From: an uncultured Desulfobulbus sp.
Lineage (GTDB): Bacteria; Desulfobacterota; Desulfobulbia; Desulfobulbales; Desulfobulbaceae
Assembly: GCA_963666685.2 (NCBI GenBank)
Contig: CAXXHZ010000003.1
Span: forward strand, 1,245,921-1,277,920
Reading direction: 5' to 3'
DNA: 32,000 nt
Below are positions 22,839 to 32,000 of this stretch, one piece after another (positions within the stretch are counted from its first letter, which is position 1; each line of letters starts with the position of its first letter). The notes under the pieces were generated by a model. It was not told the DNA's origin. It saw nothing but the letters and a program-made list of their open reading frames with translations, and did no database searches. A program made the position numbers and the translations under genes.

Positions 22839-24002
22839 TCAGTAATCGGTATGAAGGATGACGGCGAAACAATTGAATACGGCCCAGGCCGAATCCCCTA
22901 TATTGAGATGAAGCGCCTTACTCCCGCTGGTTGAAAACGAAGAGCATAATTCTGTGCCGTCGCTGATTTGCACGACATACTCAGAACTCACTTTCCCCTT
23001 GTTAATGCGAACCACCTTGCCTTTGAACCGATTTTCCGCACTGCAGGGAGGTTCCGCATCACCCGGTTGCAGGATGACCCAGGGCGCTTTAATCTCAGCG
23101 GTGACCAACCGGCCCGTATTCAGTCCCAACCGCTCGAGACTGTTGTTGGTGATCATTGCCGTTACCGTATATCCGGCGAGATTGATGAGGCTGACCAGTG
23201 ATTGCAAGTCTCCGCGCTGGATATCGACGATCTTCCCGAAAAAAGCATTTCTGGCACTGGTTTTTCGGGTTGATTCCCGTTCCATAAAAATTTTGGTCAC
23301 CCGCTGGAGTTCCTCCTCGGAAAAGGAAACATAGGCGGTTGTCAGGTTGGGAGTGGAATGCCCCAGAAGCTTCTGCACCGCAGGCAAAGGCAAATTGCTC
23401 TGCACCAATTCCACAGCCCTGGCTCGCCGGATCATTTCCGGGCCGCCGAGACGCTTGACAAATCCGCAGGCCTCGGCACGTTCATAGAATTTTCGTCGAA
23501 CAAAGGCCGGATCAACGGCAAACAGCTTTGTCAGCGATCCTCTGAAAACAGGGTCGGCTAAAGCAACTTGAATCTCTTTGCTCAGGTGTTCGGCAATACT
23601 AATCTCCCGATCGAATCCTTGTTCTTCACCGTCGAGATTCTGGATACAGACCACCCGGCGCTCGGTATCGATATCGGCAAATGGATCGAGCGCAAGAATT
23701 TCGCTGAGTTTGGCCCCGGTATAACGAATGAGGAGAAAAACAATCAGAATGCGACGGCGGGAGAGCCGGACATCGGTGCGTGACGAGGCCTCAACCCATT
23801 GTCGAAACGATTGTTCCAGCAGGCTGAGCTGTATCGTATCAAGGCAGGGGTCGTCACTGGGGCTGGAGACAATGCCCCCGAGACTGAATCCCGCACTAAG
23901 TTGTGGTATTATTTTTTTTCTCTCTGATTTTTTTGGACGCATGGCGCTTGCTCTTCGTGCATGGGGAGATTTTCCGATACTCTTGTCAGCCTCCTCCCGC
24001 AT
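22839..24002 (-). CDS. TunR-family regulator: XerC/D-like domain fused to tandem Mop/TOBE oxyanion-binding domains
   Basis: 387 aa. Tyrosine-recombinase-like region (YTGAKLSEILAL...LLGHSTPNLTTAYV) with the first catalytic Arg replaced by Lys and the HxxR box lost. The C-terminus has two Mop/TOBE repeats (SARNAFFGKIVDIQRGDLQSLVSL... and AENRFKGKVVRINKGKVSSEYVV...). Confidence 0.7.
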   Translation of the reverse strand: MREEADKSIGKSPHARRASAMRPKKSERKKIIPQLSAGFSLGGIVSSPSDDPCLDTIQLSLLEQSFRQWVEASSRTDVRLSRRRILIVFLLIRYTGAKLSEILALDPFADIDTERRVVCIQNLDGEEQGFDREISIAEHLSKEIQVALADPVFRGSLTKLFAVDPAFVRRKFYERAEACGFVKRLGGPEMIRRARAVELVQSNLPLPAVQKLLGHSTPNLTTAYVSFSEEELQRVTKIFMERESTRKTSARNAFFGKIVDIQRGDLQSLVSLINLAGYTVTAMITNNSLERLGLNTGRLVTAEIKAPWVILQPGDAEPPCSAENRFKGKVVRINKGKVSSEYVVQISDGTELCSSFSTSGSKALHLNIGDSAWAVFNCFAVILHTDY

Positions 24003-24272
24003 CCTTCTGATTTTGCAACATCGGCAGGAGAAGTCACCTTTATACGGTGGATTGCGGCGTAAAATGAATTACCCCTCAATCAATTAAGATCTTAAAAAAG
24101 ACTTGAGTATCTTGCAACAGTGGCCTATGAATGGCGGCATTATGAATGGTGGCTTTTGGTCTGGCCGATAAGGCTTCCGTACTTTATGCCCCCACATCAA
24201 AAAAAGTTTGTGATCATCGCACCTCAATGGATAAAAACGATGGTTATGGCGAACAACAAAGGAGCTGAAAAA

Positions 24273-25205
24273 ATGTTGAACCGCAGTAAATCGATATGCG
24301 TGGTTTTCAGTTGTTTCGTATTACTTCTCGGTGCTGCGCTGACGGGCCAGGCCGCCACCATGGGATCGCACTATCCTTTTGGCGGCGAAGGTGTGTTGGC
24401 AGGGTCGGCACCGCCTCCCGGTTTTCACTATCGCATCTACAACACCTGGTACAACCCAACGACACTTATGGACGACAACGGCAACAATAGCAACGCCGGC
24501 TTTGATCTGGATCTCTTTGCCTCGGTGCATCGTTTTATTTATGTCACCAATGTCAAGATCCTTGGTGCCGATTTTCTCTACGACGTTATTGTGCCGTTTA
24601 CGGATAAGGATCTCACCATCACTAAAATGAACGTATCAGACAGTAGCTCGTTCACTGTCGGCGACATCATTTTGGAACCCTTTGTACTGGCCTGGCACAA
24701 ACCCCGCTGGGATGCGACCGTAGGTCTGGGCGTGATTACACCGACCGGAAATTACGATGCAAGCAAACTTGCTTCCCCCGGCCTCGGTTACTGGTCCGGT
24801 ATGCTGACACTCGGCGGCACCTATTATCTTGATGACAAGAAAACCTGGTCCGTGAGCGCCCTCAGCCGCACCTTGGTGCATACCGAGCAGGAAGACACCA
24901 AGGTCACTCCGGGGTCCGAATTTGTGGTTGAATACGGTATCGGCAAGGAAATAGCGGTGAACGATAAATTGCTGGTACGCCCCGGCCTAAGCGGTTGTTC
25001 CTACTGGCAGATCGAAGATGACAGCAAGGACGGACTCAACACCTACGCTGATCAACGGAAACAGGCCCATGCCATCGGCGGTGAAATCAATTTTTTCTGG
25101 CTACCCCAACTGCTGCAGTTAAATCTACGCGTATTAAGCGAGTACGGAGCGGAGAATACCACCGAGGGCACCCAGTTCGTCGCCACTCTGACCAAGTCCT
25201 GGTAA
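24273..25205 (+). CDS. outer-membrane beta-barrel protein, MetA-pathway-of-phenol-degradation-like family
   Basis: Start chosen at ATG 24273 (MLNRSKS...), 8 nt after SD aaaggag. Signal peptide ...LTGQAA. The mature N-terminus SHYPFGGEGVLAGSAPPPGFHY and the alternating aromatic strands fit this family. The longer ORF from 24120 has no signal-peptide logic. Confidence 0.7.
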   Translation: MLNRSKSICVVFSCFVLLLGAALTGQAATMGSHYPFGGEGVLAGSAPPPGFHYRIYNTWYNPTTLMDDNGNNSNAGFDLDLFASVHRFIYVTNVKILGADFLYDVIVPFTDKDLTITKMNVSDSSSFTVGDIILEPFVLAWHKPRWDATVGLGVITPTGNYDASKLASPGLGYWSGMLTLGGTYYLDDKKTWSVSALSRTLVHTEQEDTKVTPGSEFVVEYGIGKEIAVNDKLLVRPGLSGCSYWQIEDDSKDGLNTYADQRKQAHAIGGEINFFWLPQLLQLNLRVLSEYGAENTTEGTQFVATLTKSW

Positions 25206-25457
25206 CCCCGTCTGACTTTTTTTGTCTTTGCAAACGGTATTTTTTTCTCATTGCCTCTTTCGGACACAGAGGTTCACCGCCCGGATTGTACCACTACACT
25301 TGCACATAAAGACACTCCCTTTTCGAGAGGAGATGATGCCTGTCATTTCCTCTCGATCCCCCGAAAAAACGTATAAGTACAAGGTTCCTCCCGGATACGC
25401 TTCACCTGGATTGTGCTCTGCATGTAAAATGGAATACAAACGGACAGGTGGCTTCGC

Positions 25458-26399
25458 CTAACGAACCAATTCGATTTCATTGGATAAAAATGCAGAAGGC
25501 ATTTGATCAAAGGGTTTCCTGCAAACTTCCATTTTCATTCTATATCGGCCAGCAGGGAGTTCAGATGGCAACGAGGCATACAGAAACCGAGATGTAATCC
25601 GGTCACTCATGAGAATACAAGCATCTTTTGCCTGCGTTTTAATTGTTATCTGAGCCACCGGATTTTCTAAATCGGCAGGTCGATATACGTACACCGTTGG
25701 TTTCACCCCGAACCCGAATGTACTTATTCCTGACAGGGACAATCGCATTACCTCTTCAGGAGCATACCTGTCAAAATCAGAGGAAAGATAGATATGACGA
25801 TTGTAATCCGGGGTTTTGTCCCTGGTTCCTGAGGTCGCTGCTTGCCAAAAGCGTGGCCGACCGGCGTCCAGGTGAATACTCCTGTCGCCATAATGTCCGA
25901 CTCCACAACAATTTTTCGCTCTGATTGTCTCCCAAAGATACTTCCCCTCCATACCCTCTATCCAAAAATCCAGGGCCATGCCGTCTATATGCGTGCTTGT
26001 TTTTGCGGCATTCGCTCCTCTTTTTCGAATTTTGCTATTATAGGACGGGCTACGGTATCCCGATTGGATATTGATGGTCCTGCCTGGCGCAATATGATCG
26101 GAAAAGTAACTGAGTATAAAAAGAAGCCGGGGGGAAATATGCTCCATCTTTTCCTGTGTTGGAAAACCGAAAACCCGGTCAACCTCATCCAAGGCTTTTT
26201 CGCTGAGCGATCCATCCTGATTGAGAAGATGGACCGAGGCTTCTTGTGCATTGCGTAGATTCTCAAGATGAAGCGAACCGGAACCCATCAGAAAAAACCG
26301 ATTCACCTCTTTTCCAGCCACACCAAGGTTGGGGAGGGAGAGGGAAAACAGAACAAAAAAGGAGATGCAGATTGATAATTGAATAATTTTTCTCATCAT
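25458..26399 (-). CDS. DUF882 / peptidase M15 family (YcbK/MepK-like) periplasmic peptidoglycan peptidase
   Basis: Start chosen at MMRKIIQLS (26399), which gives a signal peptide. Core motif INIQSGYRSPSYN...STHIDGMALDF...GVGHYGDRSIHLDAGRPRFW. An extra ~110-aa C-terminal domain is present. Confidence 0.75.
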   Translation of the reverse strand: MMRKIIQLSICISFFVLFSLSLPNLGVAGKEVNRFFLMGSGSLHLENLRNAQEASVHLLNQDGSLSEKALDEVDRVFGFPTQEKMEHISPRLLFILSYFSDHIAPGRTINIQSGYRSPSYNSKIRKRGANAAKTSTHIDGMALDFWIEGMEGKYLWETIRAKNCCGVGHYGDRSIHLDAGRPRFWQAATSGTRDKTPDYNRHIYLSSDFDRYAPEEVMRLSLSGISTFGFGVKPTVYVYRPADLENPVAQITIKTQAKDACILMSDRITSRFLYASLPSELPAGRYRMKMEVCRKPFDQMPSAFLSNEIELVR

Positions 26400-26939
26400 C
26401 TTGAATGGGTGTAGTAAGGCACACTGTGTGTCGGTGTGCAATTTTTGGTTGCAGGACCGAGGCTTGTGCTCAAGTAACCCGCCGTCATCAATCAGGAGCT
26501 CCCCTCCGTCTGCCAAGAACTGAAAAAACAAAATATTGTATACTCCTTCCGGCAAACAGCCAAAAGTGAAAGATTCACAAAAATTATATTTTTCTGGTTA
26601 AATCGATAAACCTCAGCTGGCAATTTTACCCTACCAATAGCGCAAATCTGAAACACCTGTAACCGCTTACACGTTGCACGTCAGAAAAAAAATTGGTTAC
26701 AGCCCCCGTGATCAGTTACCTTTTGGTGAGCATTATTAAGTAGATCTTATGTAAAGAATCCAGATATCCTAAAAGAGTTTCAAAGAGGATGAATAAGTAT
26801 TTGACAGGTAACCATGCTGAACTGTAATAATTAAGTTTTCTAATAAAAAATTCCCCCTTGGTGCAGGGATGCTGAATACAGGACGTTCTCGGAAGGAAAA
26901 ACGATTTTCCGGATTGATTGCGATACGTCCCAAACGGAC

Positions 26940-26989
26940 AGGGATAATAATCGGGCAGAAGACCCCATTGTCATCCCTCTTTTTTTTTT
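26940..26989 (+). terminator. weak hairpin + T10 run inside the leader of the carboxypeptidase gene
   Basis: agggat (26940-26945) pairs with atccct (26973-26978) across a 27-nt loop, followed by c + ten T (26980-26989). The element ends 73 nt before the ATG at 27063. Confidence 0.3.
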
Positions 26990-27062
26990 ACCGATCAATC
27001 CTCGGAAATATTGCTAACGGATTGCAACGGTCGCTTGATCGACCAGGAGCTTTGTAAAAAAC

Positions 27063-28211
27063 ATGAAACGTATTTTTTGCTATGTGTTTGTTTTAATGTT
27101 AATCGTGCCCGTTACCTGGGCAGCCCGCAACCCACTGAATGTTATTGCCAAGGATCCGTATATTTCTGCATTGGTGATCGATGCAGACACAGGAAAAACC
27201 CTGTTTGCGGAAAACGCCGATGCAAGGGTTTATCCTGCCAGCGTACTCAAACTGATGGATCTCTATGTTATTCTCGATCGTATTGAAAAGGGGACGTTAA
27301 AGCTGGACGAGATGGTTCAGGTCACTCCGGAAGCCTCGAAGATCGGCGGTTCGCAAGTCTATCTCGACCCCAAAGAACAATTTTCGGTAGAGGATCTAAT
27401 TTATGCTCTGATGGTGCAGTCGGCCAATGATGCGGCGGTGGCTCTCGCCACCCACATTGCCGGATCCAAGGAGGGATTCGTGGCCTTGATGAATCAGAAA
27501 GCACAGGATCTGGGAATGAAAAATTCCCGCTTTCATTCAGTACACGGGTTGCCACCCTCTCAGGGCCAGGAACCGGATGTCACCACGGCTCGTGATTTTT
27601 CCATTCTTTGCCGTGAGTTAGCCAAGCGGCCTGAAGCCTTGAAGTATACCGGAACGCAGACCAAGGGATTTCGTGAAGATAAATTCATCATGCGTAATCA
27701 CAACAAATTGCTGAAAAAGGTGCCCGGTTGCGATGGTTTCAAAACCGGTTATTACCAGGCGGCCGGATTTTCTATAGCCGCTACAGCCAAAAAGGGCGGG
27801 GTCCGGATTATCGCTCTGGTCATGGGGAGTAAGGATCGCAAGGTACGTGACGCTAAGGCTGCTGAATTGCTGGCCAAGGGATTTGCCATCGTTCCGCCAA
27901 AACCGGAATCGAACCATTCCCCATCCGTTTCTGCACCACAGCAGCAGTTGCCTGCAACAGGTGTTTCGGCCGATCCGGCACCAACGCAGCCCACTCTATC
28001 GGAGCCGACTGAATCGCTTCCCGAAGAGGTCAATGATGTGCAAAAGGTACCGGAATCTGCTTCATCGTCACATAACAAGGATAGCAGATGGGGTACGTTC
28101 TTTATCGGCTTGGGAGCCGGTTTTGTCCTCTTTTTAGGCTTTCTCATTGCAGCCGGATATTTTATGAAAAGGCGCTCCGGAGCTCGATCAAAGTTAAAAA
28201 ATCGTTTTTAA
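27063..28211 (+). CDS. D-alanyl-D-alanine carboxypeptidase (S11, PBP5/6-like) with Pro/Ser-rich linker and C-terminal TM anchor
   Basis: 382 aa. Signal peptide, SxxK (PASVLKLM), SxN (VQSANDAA) and KTG (GFKTGY) boxes, and a C-terminal TM segment FFIGLGAGFVLFLGFLIAAGYF. Confidence 0.85.
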   Translation: MKRIFCYVFVLMLIVPVTWAARNPLNVIAKDPYISALVIDADTGKTLFAENADARVYPASVLKLMDLYVILDRIEKGTLKLDEMVQVTPEASKIGGSQVYLDPKEQFSVEDLIYALMVQSANDAAVALATHIAGSKEGFVALMNQKAQDLGMKNSRFHSVHGLPPSQGQEPDVTTARDFSILCRELAKRPEALKYTGTQTKGFREDKFIMRNHNKLLKKVPGCDGFKTGYYQAAGFSIAATAKKGGVRIIALVMGSKDRKVRDAKAAELLAKGFAIVPPKPESNHSPSVSAPQQQLPATGVSADPAPTQPTLSEPTESLPEEVNDVQKVPESASSSHNKDSRWGTFFIGLGAGFVLFLGFLIAAGYFMKRRSGARSKLKNRF

Positions 28212-28354
28212 AAAATCACTCAGGATTGGTAACTCCTCACCCCTCTCCTCCCCGCCAGTGCTAACTGGATAGCCACAAGCGGGTGATACCCTGACTTGCC
28301 ATGGTCTTGCAGGGAGCTTGAAATCCGACAGTATGCCTGGGCATATTGTTTGCG

Positions 28355-28378
28355 CCGAAAACAACCTGAAATTTCAGG
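28355..28378 (-). terminator. candidate terminator of the HlyD-family gene
   Basis: Palindrome cctgaaatttcagg (28365-28378), followed on the minus strand by TTGTTTTCGG. It lies ~55 nt after the stop at 28433. Confidence 0.35.
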
Positions 28379-28432
28379 ACAGACCCCAAACACTGATTTC
28401 GATCTACATCAAAAGTATATCAATATACAAAG

Positions 28433-29530
28433 TCAGTCGCCGCATGACAATTTAACTTTTTGATTTTGTTCAGTTATAATAGTTACGGTGACCGGCATGC
28501 CGAGCCGCAGTTCCTGTTGGGGATCGCAGGCAAAAATCCGAGCCCGATAGACCAGTTTGGTTCGGAGTTCCGTGGTTTCCACTGTCTTAGGAGTAAACTC
28601 AGCAGTTGAGGATATAAAACCTACCCATCCTTTATAGACCTTGTCAGGATAGGTATCGGTGTGAAGTTCGGCCCGCATCCCTTCCCGCACCTTACCGAGA
28701 TCCGGTTCGCTGATATACGCCCGAACCCAAAGCGGGTTGATCAGAGCAAGGGTCAATACCGGTGAGCCGGCCGAAGCCATGGCGCCCGGCTCAAGAATAC
28801 GATTTCGGATAACACCGTCGGCCGGAGCCAGAAGCCTGGTATCGGTCAGCCGTTTTTCCGCCAGCTCCTTGGAAGCCCGCAGCGCCGCCAAGTTTGCCTC
28901 AGCGGCAGCGATATCTTCCCTGCGTGGCCCCTCGATGGCCAAGGACTCCTCCTCCTCGGCTGTCTTCAAGGCCGCCCAGGAGGTCTGCACTCTGGTTTGG
29001 GCGCTGTCGACATCCTGCTGGGAGATACGGTTGGTCCGTAACAACGATTGTTTACGGGACAAATTAAGTTCAGCCTCTTTAAGAGTGGCCGCGGCCGCCT
29101 TCACCTTGGCCTTGGCCATTGCCACTTCCTGGGGCCGACTCCCCTGATGCAGCCGATCAACGACCTGGGACTGGGCCGCTACTTCCCCAGCCAGGCGCCT
29201 GACCTCCAACTGAAAACGAATGGGGTCAAGTTCGGCAACCACCTGGCCCTGCTGCACCTTTGCGCCTTCATCCACAGTAAGACGCAGGATTCTTCCCGCA
29301 TCCTGGAAGGCTAACTGAACCTCCCGAATGTCGATATTGCCGAACAAGGTCAGGGCATTTTCCGGCCCCTTTGTATCGTGTCGATCCCAACAACCTATTG
29401 CAGCGACACTGAAGGCGGCCAACAACGCCGGCACCAGCAATCGTCGAGAAAAAAATTGCATAATGCGATTTCGTGGGATTGGTTCACGCCTCTCGAATAG
29501 CGAATTCACACTCTCTTTCTTTTTATTCAC
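28433..29530 (-). CDS. HlyD-family periplasmic adaptor (membrane-fusion) protein
   Basis: 365 aa. N-terminal anchor/lipobox-like AAIGC, a long coiled-coil hairpin and a C-terminal beta-barrel ending [11 protein letters not shown]. The start overlaps the yjbQ stop by 8 nt. Confidence 0.8.
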   Translation of the reverse strand: MNKKKESVNSLFERREPIPRNRIMQFFSRRLLVPALLAAFSVAAIGCWDRHDTKGPENALTLFGNIDIREVQLAFQDAGRILRLTVDEGAKVQQGQVVAELDPIRFQLEVRRLAGEVAAQSQVVDRLHQGSRPQEVAMAKAKVKAAAATLKEAELNLSRKQSLLRTNRISQQDVDSAQTRVQTSWAALKTAEEEESLAIEGPRREDIAAAEANLAALRASKELAEKRLTDTRLLAPADGVIRNRILEPGAMASAGSPVLTLALINPLWVRAYISEPDLGKVREGMRAELHTDTYPDKVYKGWVGFISSTAEFTPKTVETTELRTKLVYRARIFACDPQQELRLGMPVTVTIITEQNQKVKLSCGD

Positions 29531-29939
29531 CGATTATTTTAACCAGAACCCTTTTTTTCCGCCGTCCATCGAACTCCCCGTAAAAAATCTGTTCCCAAGT
29601 ACCGAAATGCAATTTCCCTTCGGTTATCGCCACCACCACCTCCCGCCCCATGATCTGCCGCTTCATGTGGGCATCGGCATTGTCCTCGAACCCGTTGTGT
29701 TTGTATTGACTGACCGGTTCATGCGGTGCCAGGTGCTCCAGCCACTTTTCATAATCGGCATGAAGACCGGATTCATCATCATTGATGAATACCGAGGCCG
29801 TGATATGCATGGCGTTACAGAGCAATAATCCTTCCTGGATGCCGCTCTCTGCCAGACATTTTTCCACATCAGCGGTGATGTTGATAAAGGCCCGCCGGGT
29901 GGGCACATGAAACCACAGTTCCTTCTGGTAACTTTTCAT
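29523..29939 (-). CDS. yjbQ: YjbQ/UPF0047 family (secondary thiamine-phosphate synthase) protein
   Basis: 138 aa. Motifs [23 protein letters not shown] and [39 protein letters not shown] are typical of the family. Confidence 0.85.
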   Translation of the reverse strand: MKSYQKELWFHVPTRRAFINITADVEKCLAESGIQEGLLLCNAMHITASVFINDDESGLHADYEKWLEHLAPHEPVSQYKHNGFEDNADAHMKRQIMGREVVVAITEGKLHFGTWEQIFYGEFDGRRKKRVLVKIIGE

Positions 29940-29954
29940 AATCTTCAGGAAATT

Positions 29955-29987
29955 GAATAAAATAAGGCCGACAGCTGTATTGCTGTC
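29955..29987 (-). terminator. candidate terminator after the HD-GYP regulator gene
   Basis: Stem gacagc/gctgtc (29970-29975 / 29982-29987), starting 2 nt after the TAA. It is followed on the minus strand by GGCCTTATTTTATTC. Confidence 0.4.
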
Positions 29988-29988
29988 A

Positions 29989-31053
29989 TTAATCGATATT
30001 TTTCGCCGCGATCTGATTAAAAACCGGTTCCACCTCTAAAAGGGCTTCAATCAGGATAGAATCAAAATGAGTTCCCTTGCCGTCAATCATAATCTTCATG
30101 GCCTCGGCGTGAGTCATGGCATTTTTATACACTCGTTTGGAGATCAAGGCATCATAGACATCGGCAATGGCCATGATACGACCGGCTAATGGAATGGCAT
30201 TGCCCATAAGACCTCTGGGGTAGCCACTGCCGTCGATCTTTTCATGGTGGCTACCGGCGATCTCTTTGGCACAGCTCAGAAAAGAGGTTGGGTGCCCGGC
30301 CATCTGCTCAAGATTGGCGATGACCTCCTCACCATAGGTGGTGTGTCCCTTCATTTCTTCGAACTCTTCAGCTGTCAGTTTTCCCGGTTTAAGCAGGATC
30401 GAGTCACGGATAGCTACTTTACCGATGTCATGTAACGGCGCTGATTTGCGAAGCAGGGTTATGTAATCCGGGGTGAGCTGGTCACAAAAATGTCCTTGGG
30501 TGACCAGGGTCTCAGCAAGCAGCTGGACATACTCGCGGGTACGGTGAATGTGACTGCCGGTCTCGGGATCACGATACTCCGCCATTTCGCCCATGGCCTC
30601 TATGATCACATCTTTGAGCAGCTCGGCATCCCGGCTCCGTTCCTCGACCAATCGTTCCAGATTCGTCCGATAACTATGCAACTCAAGATGGTTACGAACG
30701 CGCGAACGGAGCTCCACTCCCTTAAAGGGTTTGGTGATATAATCGACACCGCCGAGGTTAAAGCCATGAACCACATCTTCAGATTCCGCTCGGGCCGTAA
30801 GAAAAATGACGGGAATGGATTGTGTCACCTCGTCTTTTTTCAACATCTCAACCGTCTGGAATCCGCTCATTCCCGGCATCATCACATCCATGAGGATCAA
30901 CTGCGGTTGGGTGGCGCTGATACGTTCCAAAGCCTGCTCGCCGGAGGTTGCATAAGCGAAATCACAACACAATTCCTTCAGATGCGACATCGCAATCTGT
31001 ATATTTTCAGGAACATCGTCGACAATAAAAACAAGCGGTTGTTTTTGGCTCAT
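29989..31053 (-). CDS. response regulator with HD-GYP domain (RpfG-like c-di-GMP phosphodiesterase)
   Basis: 354 aa. REC domain ([13 protein letters not shown]), then an HD-GYP domain ([23 protein letters not shown]). ATGA overlap with the upstream kinase gene. Confidence 0.9.
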   Translation of the reverse strand: MSQKQPLVFIVDDVPENIQIAMSHLKELCCDFAYATSGEQALERISATQPQLILMDVMMPGMSGFQTVEMLKKDEVTQSIPVIFLTARAESEDVVHGFNLGGVDYITKPFKGVELRSRVRNHLELHSYRTNLERLVEERSRDAELLKDVIIEAMGEMAEYRDPETGSHIHRTREYVQLLAETLVTQGHFCDQLTPDYITLLRKSAPLHDIGKVAIRDSILLKPGKLTAEEFEEMKGHTTYGEEVIANLEQMAGHPTSFLSCAKEIAGSHHEKIDGSGYPRGLMGNAIPLAGRIMAIADVYDALISKRVYKNAMTHAEAMKIMIDGKGTHFDSILIEALLEVEPVFNQIAAKNID

Positions 31054-32000
31054 GGTTGGTTTCGGTTTGCGATCCTGGAAAATTTTGCGAGAAGACGGTC
31101 TACACCCAGGATGTTGGGTTCCGCCGTATATTGCATCAGTTCTCGACCAAGATCAACCAACAGAGATTGATGCGCTATCGTCCCGATTTGTTGCATCGTG
31201 ACGGCCAGGGCCGCAGCATCGGATAAACTGCCGGATCGGGTAGCCTGACGACGTAATTGCTCAAGTTCCTCGGTCCACAAGGATTCAATAGAGACAAAAA
31301 AAGCCTGATCCAACTGCTGCACAATAATGTCGGCCGCTTTTGTTTGCGATGTCTCAGGCGAGTCGGATTGAACATATCGGGCGATAATCTCCGTCAAGGC
31401 ATCCAAACGAAAAGGCTTCTGGAGAAAATCATCAAACAGCGGCTTATAGTCCGCCTCCTCCAGAATTTCTCCGGTCATGACCACCACGGGAATCGTTGCG
31501 GTATCCGCCTGTTGCCGTAAATATTCGGTGACCGTTCTGCCATCCATGCCGACCAGATTCAGATCCATGAAAATGATATCCGGTTTTTCCCGGGCCGCAA
31601 GAGTAAGGGCCTCTTCTCCGGTATTGGCTGTCAACACGTTAACCGGACTGTCCTGGAAATAATCGATAAAAACATCTTTGATCAGATCAATGTCATCAAC
31701 AACAAGGAGTTTAGTCTTCCGGCCTTTTGCCACCGAACTGGCTTCTGGAGTCATTTGCGACGGGAGCTGTTCGGCAACCTTGACGTTTTTAAGAGATATG
31801 GTGAAACACGCCCCCTCCCCTTCTTTACTGAACAGCTCGATCTCCCCCCCCATCATTACCACCAGGCGGCTGCAGAGAGTAAGCCCCAAGCCAATTCCAC
31901 CATATTGCTTGGATATGGTTTCTTCACGCTGCTGAAACAATTCAAAAATTTTTTTCTGATCCGCAGCCGGGATGCCGATTCCAGTGTCTTTGACACTAAA
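31050..32000 (-). CDS. hybrid sensor histidine kinase, 3' part (gene runs off the window)
   Basis: The frame stays open to nt 32000. The visible part reads FSVKDTGIGIPAADQKKIFELFQQ...GGIGLGLTL (HATPase_c G-boxes). A REC domain follows (LLVVDDIDL...IIFMDLNLVGMDG), then a helical HPt-like tail. The 'M' at 31940 in the ORF track is an internal TTG codon. Confidence 0.8.
   Translation of the reverse strand, partial: FSVKDTGIGIPAADQKKIFELFQQREETISKQYGGIGLGLTLCSRLVVMMGGEIELFSKEGEGACFTISLKNVKVAEQLPSQMTPEASSVAKGRKTKLLVVDDIDLIKDVFIDYFQDSPVNVLTANTGEEALTLAAREKPDIIFMDLNLVGMDGRTVTEYLRQQADTATIPVVVMTGEILEEADYKPLFDDFLQKPFRLDALTEIIARYVQSDSPETSQTKAADIIVQQLDQAFFVSIESLWTEELEQLRRQATRSGSLSDAAALAVTMQQIGTIAHQSLLVDLGRELMQYTAEPNILGVDRLLAKFSRIANRNQP

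Noticed and set aside
22839-24002. The XerC/D-like ORF as the missing integrase of the tRNA-Arg island.
   Set aside because: It lies outside the island, 3 kb on the other side of the tRNA. It carries two C-terminal Mop/TOBE domains and has lost the catalytic Arg (TGAKLSE) and the HxxR box. It therefore fits the TunR regulator family, not an active recombinase.
24120-24272. N-terminal extensions of the OMP ORF (from 24120) and of the DUF882 ORF (up to 26555).
   Set aside because: The extensions precede obvious signal peptides and lack SDs. The internal ATGs at 24273 (with an SD) and 26399 give canonical signal sequences.
26830-27062. A known riboswitch (c-di-AMP/ydaO, c-di-GMP, glycine, ZTP, guanidine) in the carboxypeptidase leader.
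   Set aside because: None of the conserved cores I can recall for these classes is present. Only the generic hairpin + T-run is reported.
1-32000. A CRISPR array or cas genes.
   Set aside because: No regularly spaced direct repeats of 25-40 bp were seen. The only tandem repeats are the 2 x 16 bp at 925-956 and the 2 x 15 bp at 6849-6879.

Overview
The window looks like chromosomal DNA from a Desulfobacterota-type bacterium. That assignment is an inference from the gene content: a TunR-family XerC/D+Mop regulator, sigma-54 two-component pairs, FapA/DUF342 and an HD-GYP regulator. GC-rich core genes sit at 1-6.35 kb and 19.9-32 kb. The left block holds minC, a deleted kup remnant, ppk2 and a sigma-54 histidine kinase/response regulator pair. 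The right block holds a CBS/ACT protein, FapA, the TunR-like regulator, an outer-membrane barrel, a DUF882 peptidase, a D-Ala-D-Ala carboxypeptidase, HlyD, YjbQ, an HD-GYP regulator and a partial hybrid kinase. Between them lies a ~13-kb accessory island (about 6.6-19.8 kb). It is anchored at an intact tRNA-Arg(CCG) at 19740-19816 (minus strand). A decayed direct copy of that tRNA's 3' end, with a look-alike terminator hairpin, closes the far side at 6606-6690. The island also contains an IS3 OrfA scrap and two further tRNA-like fragments, and no recombinase ORF. It reads as a defence island: BrnT/BrnA, MazE/MazF, an AT-rich block of four uncharacterised plus-strand genes, and a minus-strand hsdM-hsdS-ptuA-ptuB operon. 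One of the four unknowns pairs a HEPN RNase motif (RNQLLH) with three CxxC zinc ribbons. In the operon all three gene junctions overlap and no hsdR is present in the window. The two best candidates for an undescribed system are the HsdR-less methylase/specificity + Septu-like ATPase/HNH operon and the HEPN-zinc-ribbon cluster, which has a 110-nt structured element inside it. All calls come from reading the ORF translations and the DNA by eye; no searches were run.
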